The notes under the pieces were generated by a model. That model was not told the DNA's origin, did not search any database, and saw nothing but the letters and a program-made list of their open reading frames with translations. The position numbers and the translations under genes are program-made. Positions 10,172-19,351 of a stretch of DNA of 64,000 nt are shown here, piece by piece. How positions within the stretch are numbered: position 1 is the first letter of the stretch; every line of letters begins with the position of its first letter. The DNA comes from Candidatus Shapirobacteria bacterium (lineage in GTDB: Bacteria > Patescibacteriota > Microgenomatia > UBA12405), in NCBI GenBank assembly GCA_028704635.1, contig JAQWFB010000001.1, positions 133,541 to 197,540 of the forward strand, read 5' to 3'.

Positions 10172-10595
10172 TAACATATACAATATCAGTATAACAATAT
10201 TTAATTCCATTACACAAGAATTTATTTTCTTTACAATCAATATCGTTTTTATTTTCAAATTCAGCAGACATTTTAAAAGAAACACCATCACTTCCAACCT
10301 CATAACAATATTCTTTGTCCCCATATTTTTCTTTTGGTACCGAATTGATATATATATAACCATTATCAATAAAACTTTTTCCCCAAAGGCTATTAATTAA
10401 TTCATTGCTTGGCAACTTTCCATAATCAGCAAAATAAAACTTAATCACTTTAGAAAACTCATTTAAATCAGACCTCCTTTGTAAATCCCTTGATTTTGCC
10501 TGTGCCAAAACAAATTGTTTATAAGTTACAAAAAATAAAATTCCAATCACTAGAAATATTATTAATATTTCTACTCTTAAGACTTTTTTTTTCAT
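10155..10595 (-). CDS. Pilin-like protein with degenerate cleavage site
   Basis: MKKKVLRVEILII...; KSRDLQRRSDL; AEFEN. Lacks the G|F motif. Confidence 0.7.
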   Translation of the reverse strand: MKKKVLRVEILIIFLVIGILFFVTYKQFVLAQAKSRDLQRRSDLNEFSKVIKFYFADYGKLPSNELINSLWGKSFIDNGYIYINSVPKEKYGDKEYCYEVGSDGVSFKMSAEFENKNDIDCKENKFLCNGIKYCYTDIVYVNETNK

Positions 10596-10611
10596 AAACA
10601 ATTCTACTATT

Positions 10612-11262
10612 TTAGTTACACCCATCACCACAACAACTAATCTGGCATTTACTTAAACAATCACCACCAGCTAAACCACCTGGTAAAAGTTCTGGATAAA
10701 AACAACCACCACCAGCACAACCATCAACAGTACCACAACTACCACCCACACTACCTGCTAAACAATAACTAGTGTTACAACTTGGGTCTATATACTCATC
10801 ATACCATACAATATCTGAACTCGACACACCAAAATTAACACTGTTTGCAGTAAAACCAGTTAAAAGTATATCTGTTCTGGTATACCAATTTGTTGGGATA
10901 TCCTTATCCTTTTTATTTTTCAGATTAGTCAATACTCTAAATCTATCCTTTTTTTCCACAATTATCATATAAGGTTTTCCGTCCGGATCGCACGGCCATG
11001 GAGATAAATATGGCGAAAAAACAGCACTACCACAATTTGACATTTTATTCCAAGTACCAACATCCATTGGATAAGATCCCTTATCGTTTAAATATTCTTC
11101 AAACGCAACTTTAATTCTTTTTAAATCTTTTTTTCTCTGTGTATCCCTACCTTTATCTACTGTTCCAGTTGCATTAAAAATCCCAACCATAGCCATTACT
11201 AAAAAAATAACAATCGTCATCGCTATTAATATCTCTACTAAAGTAAAACCATTTCTTTTCAT
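10612..11262 (-). CDS. Pilin with Cys-rich C-terminal tail
   Basis: MKRNG|FTLVE; GRDTQRKKDL; multiple Cys at the C-terminus. Confidence 0.85.
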   Translation of the reverse strand: MKRNGFTLVEILIAMTIVIFLVMAMVGIFNATGTVDKGRDTQRKKDLKRIKVAFEEYLNDKGSYPMDVGTWNKMSNCGSAVFSPYLSPWPCDPDGKPYMIIVEKKDRFRVLTNLKNKKDKDIPTNWYTRTDILLTGFTANSVNFGVSSSDIVWYDEYIDPSCNTSYCLAGSVGGSCGTVDGCAGGGCFYPELLPGGLAGGDCLSKCQISCCGDGCN

Positions 11263-12041
11263 AATTTTATTAATTCTACAACTTTTTCTCCCCACCACCA
11301 AGCCACCAAAATTCCTAAAATCATAAACGGACCGAAAGGAACTTGACTTTTTTTAGTAGCCTTTTTAAAAATCATTAATATTAATCCAACAATAGCTCCA
11401 ACAATAAAAGCCACATAAAAAGCTAAAATTGTTTTTGGACCACCCAAAAACAATCCCATAAATATAGCTAATTTTACATCACCCATCCCCATTCCATTAC
11501 CTTTAGTAATTAAATTTAAAATTAATAAAAATCCTGATGCTCCCAACGCAACAATTATATTCTGTAGGTACGCGCCATGGCGCGTACCTACCAACAAAAC
11601 CAAACCACACATTATTAATATCACCGTCGAAAAATCAGGCAAAATCATATACTTCAAATCAAACACTGCACTAAATACCAAAAATACAATAATCAAAAAA
11701 CCCAATCCAAATTGTAAGGGTGACTCTTGTGGTCGCCCTATAAAAACAGATATTAAAAATAAAAAACCCATCACTAATTCCACAACAGGGTAGGAGAGTG
11801 GTAATTTTTTATGACAGCATTTTGTTTTGCCTTTTAAAATTAACCAAGAAAAAACTGGAATATTTTCATACCATTTTAATTGCCTACCACAATAATCACA
11901 AAAACTTCTCTTTTCACCTTTTACTTTAAATTTCTTATTTTCCAATTTGTAATCCACAGCGGTTCGATACACCAACATGTTTACAAAACTCCCAAAACAC
12001 AACCCCAAAACAAAAACAATAACTCCAATTAAAATTTCCAT
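11259..12041 (-). CDS. pilD: Prepilin peptidase (A24)
   Basis: GSFVN, RSFCDYC, ENIPVFSW, GMGDVKL, VPFGPF. Confidence 0.95.
   Translation of the reverse strand: MEILIGVIVFVLGLCFGSFVNMLVYRTAVDYKLENKKFKVKGEKRSFCDYCGRQLKWYENIPVFSWLILKGKTKCCHKKLPLSYPVVELVMGFLFLISVFIGRPQESPLQFGLGFLIIVFLVFSAVFDLKYMILPDFSTVILIMCGLVLLVGTRHGAYLQNIIVALGASGFLLILNLITKGNGMGMGDVKLAIFMGLFLGGPKTILAFYVAFIVGAIVGLILMIFKKATKKSQVPFGPFMILGILVAWWWGEKVVELIKL
11564..11591. repeat. GTAG-REP, in-frame in pilD (VGTRHGAYLQ)
   Basis: Perfect palindrome GTAGGTACGCGCCATGGCGCGTACCTAC. Confidence 0.9.
11714..11741 (+). repeat. REP, in-frame in pilD (IGRPQESPLQ)
   Basis: GTAAGGGTGACTCTTGTGGTCGCCCTAT; 26/28 identical to 56671-56698. Confidence 0.9.
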
Positions 12042-12068
12042 AAATTATTCTAACAAAAAATTAAAGAC

Positions 12069-12120
12069 TTCTCCTTTTTTTAAGGGGAGATGTCCCGATT
12101 CATCGGGACAGAGAGTTTTT
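12069..12120 (+). repeat. Family-2 palindromic element (intergenic)
   Basis: TTCTCCTTTTTTTAAGGGGAGATGTCCCGATTCATCGGGACAGAGAGTTTTT. Confidence 0.75.
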
Positions 12121-12125
12121 TCGTC

Positions 12126-12159
12126 AATTAAAAACCCCGCCATCAAGCGGGGTTTAATT
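12126..12159. terminator. Terminator hairpin downstream of the major pilin
   Basis: AAACCCCGC-CATCAA-GCGGGGTTT. Confidence 0.7.
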
Positions 12160-12176
12160 AATCTTTTTCAAAAACT

Positions 12177-12827
12177 TTATTCAATTCTACCTTCAGGCAC
12201 ACAAAGTAAATTCGCTTTACCGGTACCCATATCAGATGCAGTACTAGCAGTCCAAACGTTAGTATTAGAACAACCTGTATCACCAGCATTCTTTAAAGAC
12301 GCCGTCCCACTCTCACTCAACGTCATACATTTTAAATTAGGGTTAACACTCCCACCAGTTGTTCTATTTGCTGTTGCCTTTGGAATATAACAAACATAAT
12401 TAGAATCTGTACCATTATGGTAAACATACATTTTATCTATTGCATCACCTGTAGCTACAAAAGGTTTTTTACCCATAAACGAAGATTTTAACTCTGAAGT
12501 TGCTATTAAAACACCACCACTAGAACCCGCACCTATAACACCAAACAAAGGACTACTACTACCAATAGCCACCACAGTTCCTTGTGCCACTGTTGTACCT
12601 ATAGAACTGTTATTCCACGGATAACCATTTTGTGAAGTATAATATCTTTCCAAAGCCCCTAAAACTTCTGCCGCATCATTTTTTTGAGCTGCGTCACGAG
12701 CTTTATTTGATTGTTCAATAGGATTAATAGTTGCCAACACAGCCACCGACAAAATTGCAATTAAAGCGATAACAATTAAAAGCTCCACTAAGGTAAAACC
12801 CCTCATCTTACTTATCTTATTTTTCAT
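12177..12827 (-). CDS. pilA: Type IV major pilin
   Basis: RG|FTLVELLIVIALIAIL...INPIEQ; own terminator; directly downstream of pilC. Confidence 0.75.
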   Translation of the reverse strand: MKNKISKMRGFTLVELLIVIALIAILSVAVLATINPIEQSNKARDAAQKNDAAEVLGALERYYTSQNGYPWNNSSIGTTVAQGTVVAIGSSSPLFGVIGAGSSGGVLIATSELKSSFMGKKPFVATGDAIDKMYVYHNGTDSNYVCYIPKATANRTTGGSVNPNLKCMTLSESGTASLKNAGDTGCSNTNVWTASTASDMGTGKANLLCVPEGRIE

Positions 12828-12905
12828 TTATTTTAATAAATATTTAATTCTAGTTAATTCATTATTCACCACTAAAATTATGATGTCAAGTTGTTGTTTT
12901 TTAAG

Positions 12906-14117
12906 TTACATACTCGATGTCAAATTGTAGATTGGCATTAAAACCGCCACTACTAAAAAAGCCACACCTATTCCCAATAAAATCATAATTATTGGCTCAA
13001 TTGCCGAAGTTAATGATTTAACTGATTGTTCTGCCTCAATCGAAAAATAATCTGATACTTTTAAAAGCACACTATCTAGCTTTCCTGTTGCTTCTCCTGT
13101 TGCCACCATCTGATTTACAATCACTGGAAAAACCCCTGTTTCTTCAAAAGAGTTGGCAATTGAAAAACCTTTTTGAACTCTTTCTGAGATTTTCAAATAC
13201 GCTCCTCTAAAAAGTTCATTTGCTGACACACTCGAAACAATCCTTAAAGCATCAACGAGTGGAATTCCTGCCGATAAAAGCATCGATAAAGTTCTAATAG
13301 TATCTGCTAAAATTGTCTTTTGGCTCATTGGCCCAAGAATTGGAATTTTTAATTTCAAAATATCTTTTTTAAATCTAAAATTAGAATTTTGATTCCCAAT
13401 TTTAAAAAACATAAAAAACCCAACAATTAAAACTGGGATTAAAAACCAAAACTTAACCATAAAATCAGATATCGCCATTAAAGCCTGGGTTGATGCTGGC
13501 ATTGTTGCATCAAAATCCTCATATAGTGTCATCATTTTAGGAATCACAAAAATCATCATTATAATAACCACTATCACCATACCTATAACAACAATTACTG
13601 GATAAATCATTGCTCCTTTGACTTTACCAGAAAACTCACTTTGTTTTTCCAAATTATCTGCTAATTTTGTCAATACTTCTTCCAAAACTCCACCTTCCTC
13701 ACCAGCCTCAATTGAAGCAATATATGCTTCACCAAAATTTTTTTTATACCTTCCTAAACCATCAGCCAAAGTATGTCCTCCTTGAACTGTTGCTAATGTA
13801 TATTCTAAAATTTCAAACATCAAACTTTTTCTATCAGATTGATTTTTTAAAAGAGATAACGCATCATTCAAAACTAGTCCAGAATTCATCATCGTCGATA
13901 ATTGCCTAGTAAAATTAGTAATTTGTTTTAAATTAATTTTTGAAAAAATCTTTTTGTATATATCATTTATAATAGAAGTACTTTCAGCAACTATCGACAA
14001 TGGTACCAATCCTCCATTTTTAATCGATTCCACAGCTGAATTTTTATCCTGCGATTCCAAAGCTCCTTTAATTGTTTTTCCACCCCAATCCTTAGCCTTA
14101 TAAAAAAATTTTGTCAT
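12906..14117 (-). CDS. pilC: Type IV pilus platform protein (GspF family)
   Basis: FTRQLSTM, GEEGGVL, AMIYP, GEATGKLD, IEP. Confidence 0.95.
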   Translation of the reverse strand: MTKFFYKAKDWGGKTIKGALESQDKNSAVESIKNGGLVPLSIVAESTSIINDIYKKIFSKINLKQITNFTRQLSTMMNSGLVLNDALSLLKNQSDRKSLMFEILEYTLATVQGGHTLADGLGRYKKNFGEAYIASIEAGEEGGVLEEVLTKLADNLEKQSEFSGKVKGAMIYPVIVVIGMVIVVIIMMIFVIPKMMTLYEDFDATMPASTQALMAISDFMVKFWFLIPVLIVGFFMFFKIGNQNSNFRFKKDILKLKIPILGPMSQKTILADTIRTLSMLLSAGIPLVDALRIVSSVSANELFRGAYLKISERVQKGFSIANSFEETGVFPVIVNQMVATGEATGKLDSVLLKVSDYFSIEAEQSVKSLTSAIEPIIMILLGIGVAFLVVAVLMPIYNLTSSM

Positions 14118-15181
14118 AATTTTTGACGTCTTAATTTACTTTGTAATTCAATCGCATTAGCTGCATAAGTCATCGCTACTTCTTCCGTAACTTTTCCTTC
14201 CAAAACCAATTTTGTCATATAAGTGTCAAAACTTATCATCCCTGCATCGGAACTTGTTTGGATAATATTATCAATCATAAAAGTTTTTCCTTCTCTAATA
14301 ACATTCCTCACTGCCGGTGTGGCAATTAAAATTTCAAAAACTGGAATTCTACTGCCATCAATCGCTGGTACTAACCTCTGTGACACAATTGCTGTAATTA
14401 CTGTTGCTAATTGAACCCTAATCTGATCTTTAGATCCAGATGGAAATTGATCTACAATTCGGTCAACTGTTTGCGCCGCTGAATTTGTATGTAAGACCGA
14501 AAAAACTAAATGTCCAGTTTCTGCAATTGTCAAAGCCGAAGACGTTGATTCCAGATCTCTCATCTCACCCAAAAATACCACATTTGGATCCTGTCTTAAG
14601 CAAGACCTCAATGCCAAACTGAAACTATTAGTATCTCCACCCATTTCTCGTTGTGAAATTATTGCTTTTTCTGGTTTAATTAAATATTCTACCGGATCTT
14701 CAATTGTCACAATATGTCCACCTATACTTCTATTAATTTCTTCAAGTAGTGCTGCCACTGTGGTTGATTTTCCATGACCAGTCGGACCTGTTACCAACAC
14801 AAATCCTTGTTTATATTTAGTAAAATCTCTTAAAATATTTGGAATATTCAATTCCTCAAAAGTCGGTATTTCTGAAGAAATTAATCTCAAAGCACAAGAT
14901 GGAGTATCTTTTTGTAAATAAACATTTGCTCTAAAACGAATATCAACTGCCTCAAAGGAAAAATCTAATTCCTTTTCTTTCTTAAAAATTTCTAATTGCT
15001 TCTCAGTCAAAAGAGATAAAACCATTTCGCTTATTATTTCATTACCAACTTTTTCAAAACCAAACACATCCAAAAGTTCACCATTAACCCTAATCTTTGG
15101 CGATACATCTGAAATTAAATGAACATCTGAAGCTTTATGTTCAACTGCATACCTTAAAATTTCTTCCATTTTTGTATTCAT
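14114..15181 (-). CDS. pilT: Pilus retraction ATPase
   Basis: ASDVH, GPTGHGKST, TIEDPVE, GEMRD, AVRNVIRE. Confidence 0.95.
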   Translation of the reverse strand: MNTKMEEILRYAVEHKASDVHLISDVSPKIRVNGELLDVFGFEKVGNEIISEMVLSLLTEKQLEIFKKEKELDFSFEAVDIRFRANVYLQKDTPSCALRLISSEIPTFEELNIPNILRDFTKYKQGFVLVTGPTGHGKSTTVAALLEEINRSIGGHIVTIEDPVEYLIKPEKAIISQREMGGDTNSFSLALRSCLRQDPNVVFLGEMRDLESTSSALTIAETGHLVFSVLHTNSAAQTVDRIVDQFPSGSKDQIRVQLATVITAIVSQRLVPAIDGSRIPVFEILIATPAVRNVIREGKTFMIDNIIQTSSDAGMISFDTYMTKLVLEGKVTEEVAMTYAANAIELQSKLRRQKL

Positions 15182-15203
15182 ATTTTTATTTTAATTTATA
15201 TTT

Positions 15204-16943
15204 TTAATATTGAGCCACTCTAATAACCTCATCCATACTTGTTACTCCCTCCAAAACTTTTACATATCCATCTTGCTTCATTGATAACATTCCTTCTTCC
15301 ATCGCCAATTTTTGGATGTCTGAAGCCGATGCCTTACTAACTATTAGTTTACTTAATTTTTCTGTAACCGGCATTACTTCATAAATAGCAATTCTTCCTA
15401 AATATCCAGTATTATTACATTTTTCACAACCCACAATTTTGGGCAACATCATTTTCTTCCCTTCCTTTTTAAATTTATCCTCAATCATGCCGTAAATTGG
15501 ACCCAAAGTTTTTTTAAGTTCTTCTAATTTATCTGGTGGTATTTCCATTTCAGTTACACAATCTTTACAAACCTTTCTTAAAACTCTTTGTCCCACCACA
15601 CAATTTAAAGACGACACTAATAAAAACGGCTCCGCTCCCATATCCAAAAGTCGCGGAGGTACACCTGAAGCATCATTCGTATGCAAGGTTGAAAATACTA
15701 AATGACCAGTCAAGGCCGCATTAATAGCCAAATCTGCCGTTTCCGAATCACGAATTTCTCCCACCATAATTATATTAGGATCTTGACGTAAAAACGATCT
15801 CAATGCCGAAGCAAAAGTCAAACCAGCTTGCACATTCACCTGAACTTGATTCACCCCTTTCATTTGATATTCCACTGGATCCTCAACTGTCACTACATTA
15901 ACCTTCGTTGTTGCCACAATATCCAAAATCGAATACAAAGTTGTTGTTTTACCTGATCCAGTTGGACCACAAATAATAATAATCCCATGAGGTCTTTGAA
16001 TCGCATCCATTAAATTTTTTAAAGCCAATCCTCTCAATCCTAAATCTGGTAAAGTTGGTACTTTTTGGGATTTTTTAAGTAAACGCATAACCACTTTTTC
16101 ACCATAAGTTGTTGGTAAAGTCGATATACGCAAATCAACATCATTGCCATCAGTTGTGAAAAAAAATCGTCCATCTTGAGGTATTCTTTTTTCATCAATT
16201 TTTAAACCAGCTAGAATTTTGATTCTTGATACCACTGCATCGTGAACATTTCTCGGTAATAAATATTTTTCCTGTAAAATTCCATCAATTCTATATCTAA
16301 TTCTCACACTGTCTTCTTGTGGTTCAATATGAACATCGGAAGCTCTTGATTTAACGGCGTATTCCAAAATTGTTGTTACTATTTTAGCCACTGGTGCTTC
16401 TACTGCCACTTTTTCTTCAGCCAATTTCATTATTTTTTCTTCATCTTTTCTTTCATCCAAAGCTCTTGTTACCTCTGAAGTAATATTTTTCTCTCTGATA
16501 TATTTTTCCTTAACAAAAGAAACAATCTGTTTTTCTAAAGCAATTGCTACACCTATTTTTAAATTTGTCTTTTTTTCTAAAAATTCAATCGTCTCCAAAT
16601 CCAAAGGATTAACCATAGCCACCGACAAAATCTTATTTTTTGTATCCAGATTGTAAGGAACTATCTTATATTTTCGAGCCACACTTTCCGGCACTAAAGT
16701 TAATGCCTCAGGCGAAAACCCGATTGTTTCCAAGTCCACAAACGGCACTCTTAAAAAATCCGCCTTTGCCTTAACAAAATCAATATCTGAAACCAATCTT
16801 AAGACCTTAATCACTTCTTCCTCTGTTTCCCCGGTTTTTAACTGTCTCAATTCGATCTCTTCTACTTTTTTCTGATCAATCAAGCCTTTTTTCAAAAGGA
16901 TTTCTCTTAAGTTCTTGTATATTTTTGAGGCAGAATCATTCAT
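15204..16943 (-). CDS. pilB: Pilus assembly ATPase (GspE/PilB)
   Basis: ASDVHIEP, GPTGSGKTT, LRQDPN, tetra-Cys motif. Confidence 0.95.
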   Translation of the reverse strand: MNDSASKIYKNLREILLKKGLIDQKKVEEIELRQLKTGETEEEVIKVLRLVSDIDFVKAKADFLRVPFVDLETIGFSPEALTLVPESVARKYKIVPYNLDTKNKILSVAMVNPLDLETIEFLEKKTNLKIGVAIALEKQIVSFVKEKYIREKNITSEVTRALDERKDEEKIMKLAEEKVAVEAPVAKIVTTILEYAVKSRASDVHIEPQEDSVRIRYRIDGILQEKYLLPRNVHDAVVSRIKILAGLKIDEKRIPQDGRFFFTTDGNDVDLRISTLPTTYGEKVVMRLLKKSQKVPTLPDLGLRGLALKNLMDAIQRPHGIIIICGPTGSGKTTTLYSILDIVATTKVNVVTVEDPVEYQMKGVNQVQVNVQAGLTFASALRSFLRQDPNIIMVGEIRDSETADLAINAALTGHLVFSTLHTNDASGVPPRLLDMGAEPFLLVSSLNCVVGQRVLRKVCKDCVTEMEIPPDKLEELKKTLGPIYGMIEDKFKKEGKKMMLPKIVGCEKCNNTGYLGRIAIYEVMPVTEKLSKLIVSKASASDIQKLAMEEGMLSMKQDGYVKVLEGVTSMDEVIRVAQY

Positions 16944-16964
16944 AGTATATAATCATAATACGCT

Positions 16965-17603
16965 ATGAGCACCTTTCCATCAACTCTAATCATCGCTAAA
17001 AATAAAGAAACCATCGACAAAAAAATTTGTCAAATTTGTTCTAAATTAAACCATAAATTTAATCAAAATAATCCTGACATTTTATTAATTGATCAAAGTT
17101 CAGGATGGGGGATTGACCAAATCAGAAAAATTAACAATTTTCTTTCCCAAAAACCTTTTTCTCATCAAAGCAAAATTATTATTATTTTGGAAACTCAAAA
17201 TCTCAACACTGAATCCCAAAATGCCTTATTAAAAATTTTAGAAGAACCAGGTAAAGACAATTATATAATTCTCACCACTAATAAAATCAAAAGTATTTTG
17301 CCCACCATTATTTCTCGATGTTCTACTATTAAAATTTCTGAAAAATCTGATATTAAAATCAAAAAAGAAATCGACATCACCGGCAATTTAATTAAAGACT
17401 TAGCTCTTTCCGAAAAATTAGGTAAAAATAAGGAAGATATTTTACCTCTACTCGAAAATCAACTCTATTTTTACCAACAAGAATTAATTAAAAATCCAAA
17501 TCAAAAAAATATCTATCTTGTCGAAAAAATTATCAAGGCTATTCAAATGATTAACGCCAATGTCGATCCTAAAAATGCCCTTGATTACGTTTTTATAGTT
17601 TAA
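16965..17603 (+). CDS. holB: DNA polymerase III delta-prime-like subunit (short)
   Basis: IDQIR, SQNALLKILEEP, LPTIISRC. Confidence 0.8.
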   Translation: MSTFPSTLIIAKNKETIDKKICQICSKLNHKFNQNNPDILLIDQSSGWGIDQIRKINNFLSQKPFSHQSKIIIILETQNLNTESQNALLKILEEPGKDNYIILTTNKIKSILPTIISRCSTIKISEKSDIKIKKEIDITGNLIKDLALSEKLGKNKEDILPLLENQLYFYQQELIKNPNQKNIYLVEKIIKAIQMINANVDPKNALDYVFIV

Positions 17604-17660
17604 TCAATTTCCGCATTTTCCCCTTAATAATTTTTTTAAAAGTGTTATAATTTTAATCAG

Positions 17661-18794
17661 ATGTTTTACCCCATCTTTTCAATCAATAATCAAATTCTAA
17701 AAAATATTGGTACTATCGAAGGTGCCAAGGCTATTATTGATGAAGCCCCTCTAATTCCTGCATACGAAAAACAATTTCAACAAGAAGCCATTGTCCGCAC
17801 TGTCCATTTCGGTACTCGTATCGAAGGCAATGATTTAACTTATCAAGAGGTGGCCAAATTAGTTGAAGGTCAAAAAATTACCGCTACCGAACGCGACATC
17901 CAAGAGGTCATCAATTATCGTAACGTAGTTTCTTACTTAGAAGAACTCTGGTCGCTCTACGATGCCAACATGCCACTTCCAGAAGAAAAAACTGTTCCGG
18001 CTTTTTCCGATGGCAAAAACCGACCATTTTTTTACAGCGAAGCCATTGTCAAAAGAATTCACCAATTAACCACCGCTAAAGTTATTCCTGAAATCGATTG
18101 TGGTAAATATCGCCATCAACAAGTCGTTTTAAAAAACACTCGCACTGGCGAAATTGCTCATCGACCACCTCCAGCCATTGAAGTTCCTTACTTGATTGCC
18201 GATTTTATTGATTGGTTGAATAATCAATCTTCCCGAGAAATCCATCCCGCCATTCGCGCCGCCATTACTCAATATATTTTAGTCGCTATTCATCCATTTA
18301 TTGAAGGTAATGGTCGTGTCAGTCGTGCTTTCGCCATGTTACCTCTTTATGTTGAAGGTTACGACATTCGTCGTCTTTTTTCTCTTGAAGAATATTTCGA
18401 TCGCAATGCCGAAATTTATTACAACACTCTTCAAAGTACTCATGAACTTTCTTCTGACATTTTCAAAAGAGATTTAACTAATTGGATTAGTTATTTTACT
18501 GAAGCAGTTGCTATTGAATTATCCCGTGTTAAGACAAAAGTTCAATCACTTTCCAGAGACATCAAATTAAAACAAAAACTTGGCGGTAAACAAATTCATC
18601 TAACCGAACGACAAATTAAATTAGTCGAATATATGCAGCAATTCGGTGGGCTTCGCATGCCTGATGCTCAACAACTTCTTCCTATGGTTTCTGACGACAC
18701 CATTTGGCGTGATCTCAAAAAATTAGTCGACAGTGGAGCAGTTGAAAAACGCGGTTCCACCAAAGGCGCCTACTACTGCCTCGCCAACGCCTAA
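17661..18794 (+). CDS. Fic-domain protein with C-terminal winged HTH
   Basis: HPFIEGNGRVSR; TRIEGN; C-terminal SDDTIWRDLKKL...GAYY. Confidence 0.9.
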   Translation: MFYPIFSINNQILKNIGTIEGAKAIIDEAPLIPAYEKQFQQEAIVRTVHFGTRIEGNDLTYQEVAKLVEGQKITATERDIQEVINYRNVVSYLEELWSLYDANMPLPEEKTVPAFSDGKNRPFFYSEAIVKRIHQLTTAKVIPEIDCGKYRHQQVVLKNTRTGEIAHRPPPAIEVPYLIADFIDWLNNQSSREIHPAIRAAITQYILVAIHPFIEGNGRVSRAFAMLPLYVEGYDIRRLFSLEEYFDRNAEIYYNTLQSTHELSSDIFKRDLTNWISYFTEAVAIELSRVKTKVQSLSRDIKLKQKLGGKQIHLTERQIKLVEYMQQFGGLRMPDAQQLLPMVSDDTIWRDLKKLVDSGAVEKRGSTKGAYYCLANA

Positions 18795-18854
18795 ATTTAA
18801 AACCCTTTCTTGGTACAGTTAAATTATTTTTAACTTTGAATTATAATTATATCA

Positions 18855-19313
18855 ATGATAACTATTAAAAGAATAATTGTTTCTGCTTTAATTTTTTCTA
18901 AAGAAAATAAATTATTTATGGGTCAAAAAGATCCAACCGGTGGAGGAGTTTACTCTGATTGTTGGCATATTCCTGGTGGTGGAGTTGACGAAGGAGAAAC
19001 TAAAAAAATTGCTTTGATTAGAGAAATAAAAGAAGAAGTTGGAATAGATATTTCTCAAAAAAAAATTGAATTAATCGATGATCAAGGTATTGGAACGACC
19101 GAAAAAATAATTAAAAATACTGGAGAGAAAGTTTTATGTGAAATGGAATTCAATGTTTATAAAATCAAGTTAAATCAAAACGCCGATAATATTCAAATAA
19201 ATTTATCCGATGATTTAGTTAAATATAAATGGTTTGAAATTTCAGAATTAACTAATACTAGATTAACCCCACCGTCAGAAAAATTATTTAAAAAACTAGG
19301 ATTTATTTTTTAA
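18855..19313 (+). CDS. NUDIX hydrolase
   Basis: GGGVDEGETKKIALIREIKEEVG Nudix box. Confidence 0.9.
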   Translation: MITIKRIIVSALIFSKENKLFMGQKDPTGGGVYSDCWHIPGGGVDEGETKKIALIREIKEEVGIDISQKKIELIDDQGIGTTEKIIKNTGEKVLCEMEFNVYKIKLNQNADNIQINLSDDLVKYKWFEISELTNTRLTPPSEKLFKKLGFIF

Positions 19314-19351
19314 TAAAAAGATTTAAAAAAATTATAAAGTTATAATAAATC

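Noticed and set aside
10172-10369. Long N-terminal extension of ORF 9659..10369 (similar extensions on 10612..11301 and 41703..42533)
   Set aside because: They overlap upstream genes. Internal ATGs give normal starts or prepilin leaders.
167-12827. Diversity-generating retroelement acting on pilins or the adhesin
   Set aside because: No reverse transcriptase and no TR/VR pair with adenine-specific mismatches seen.
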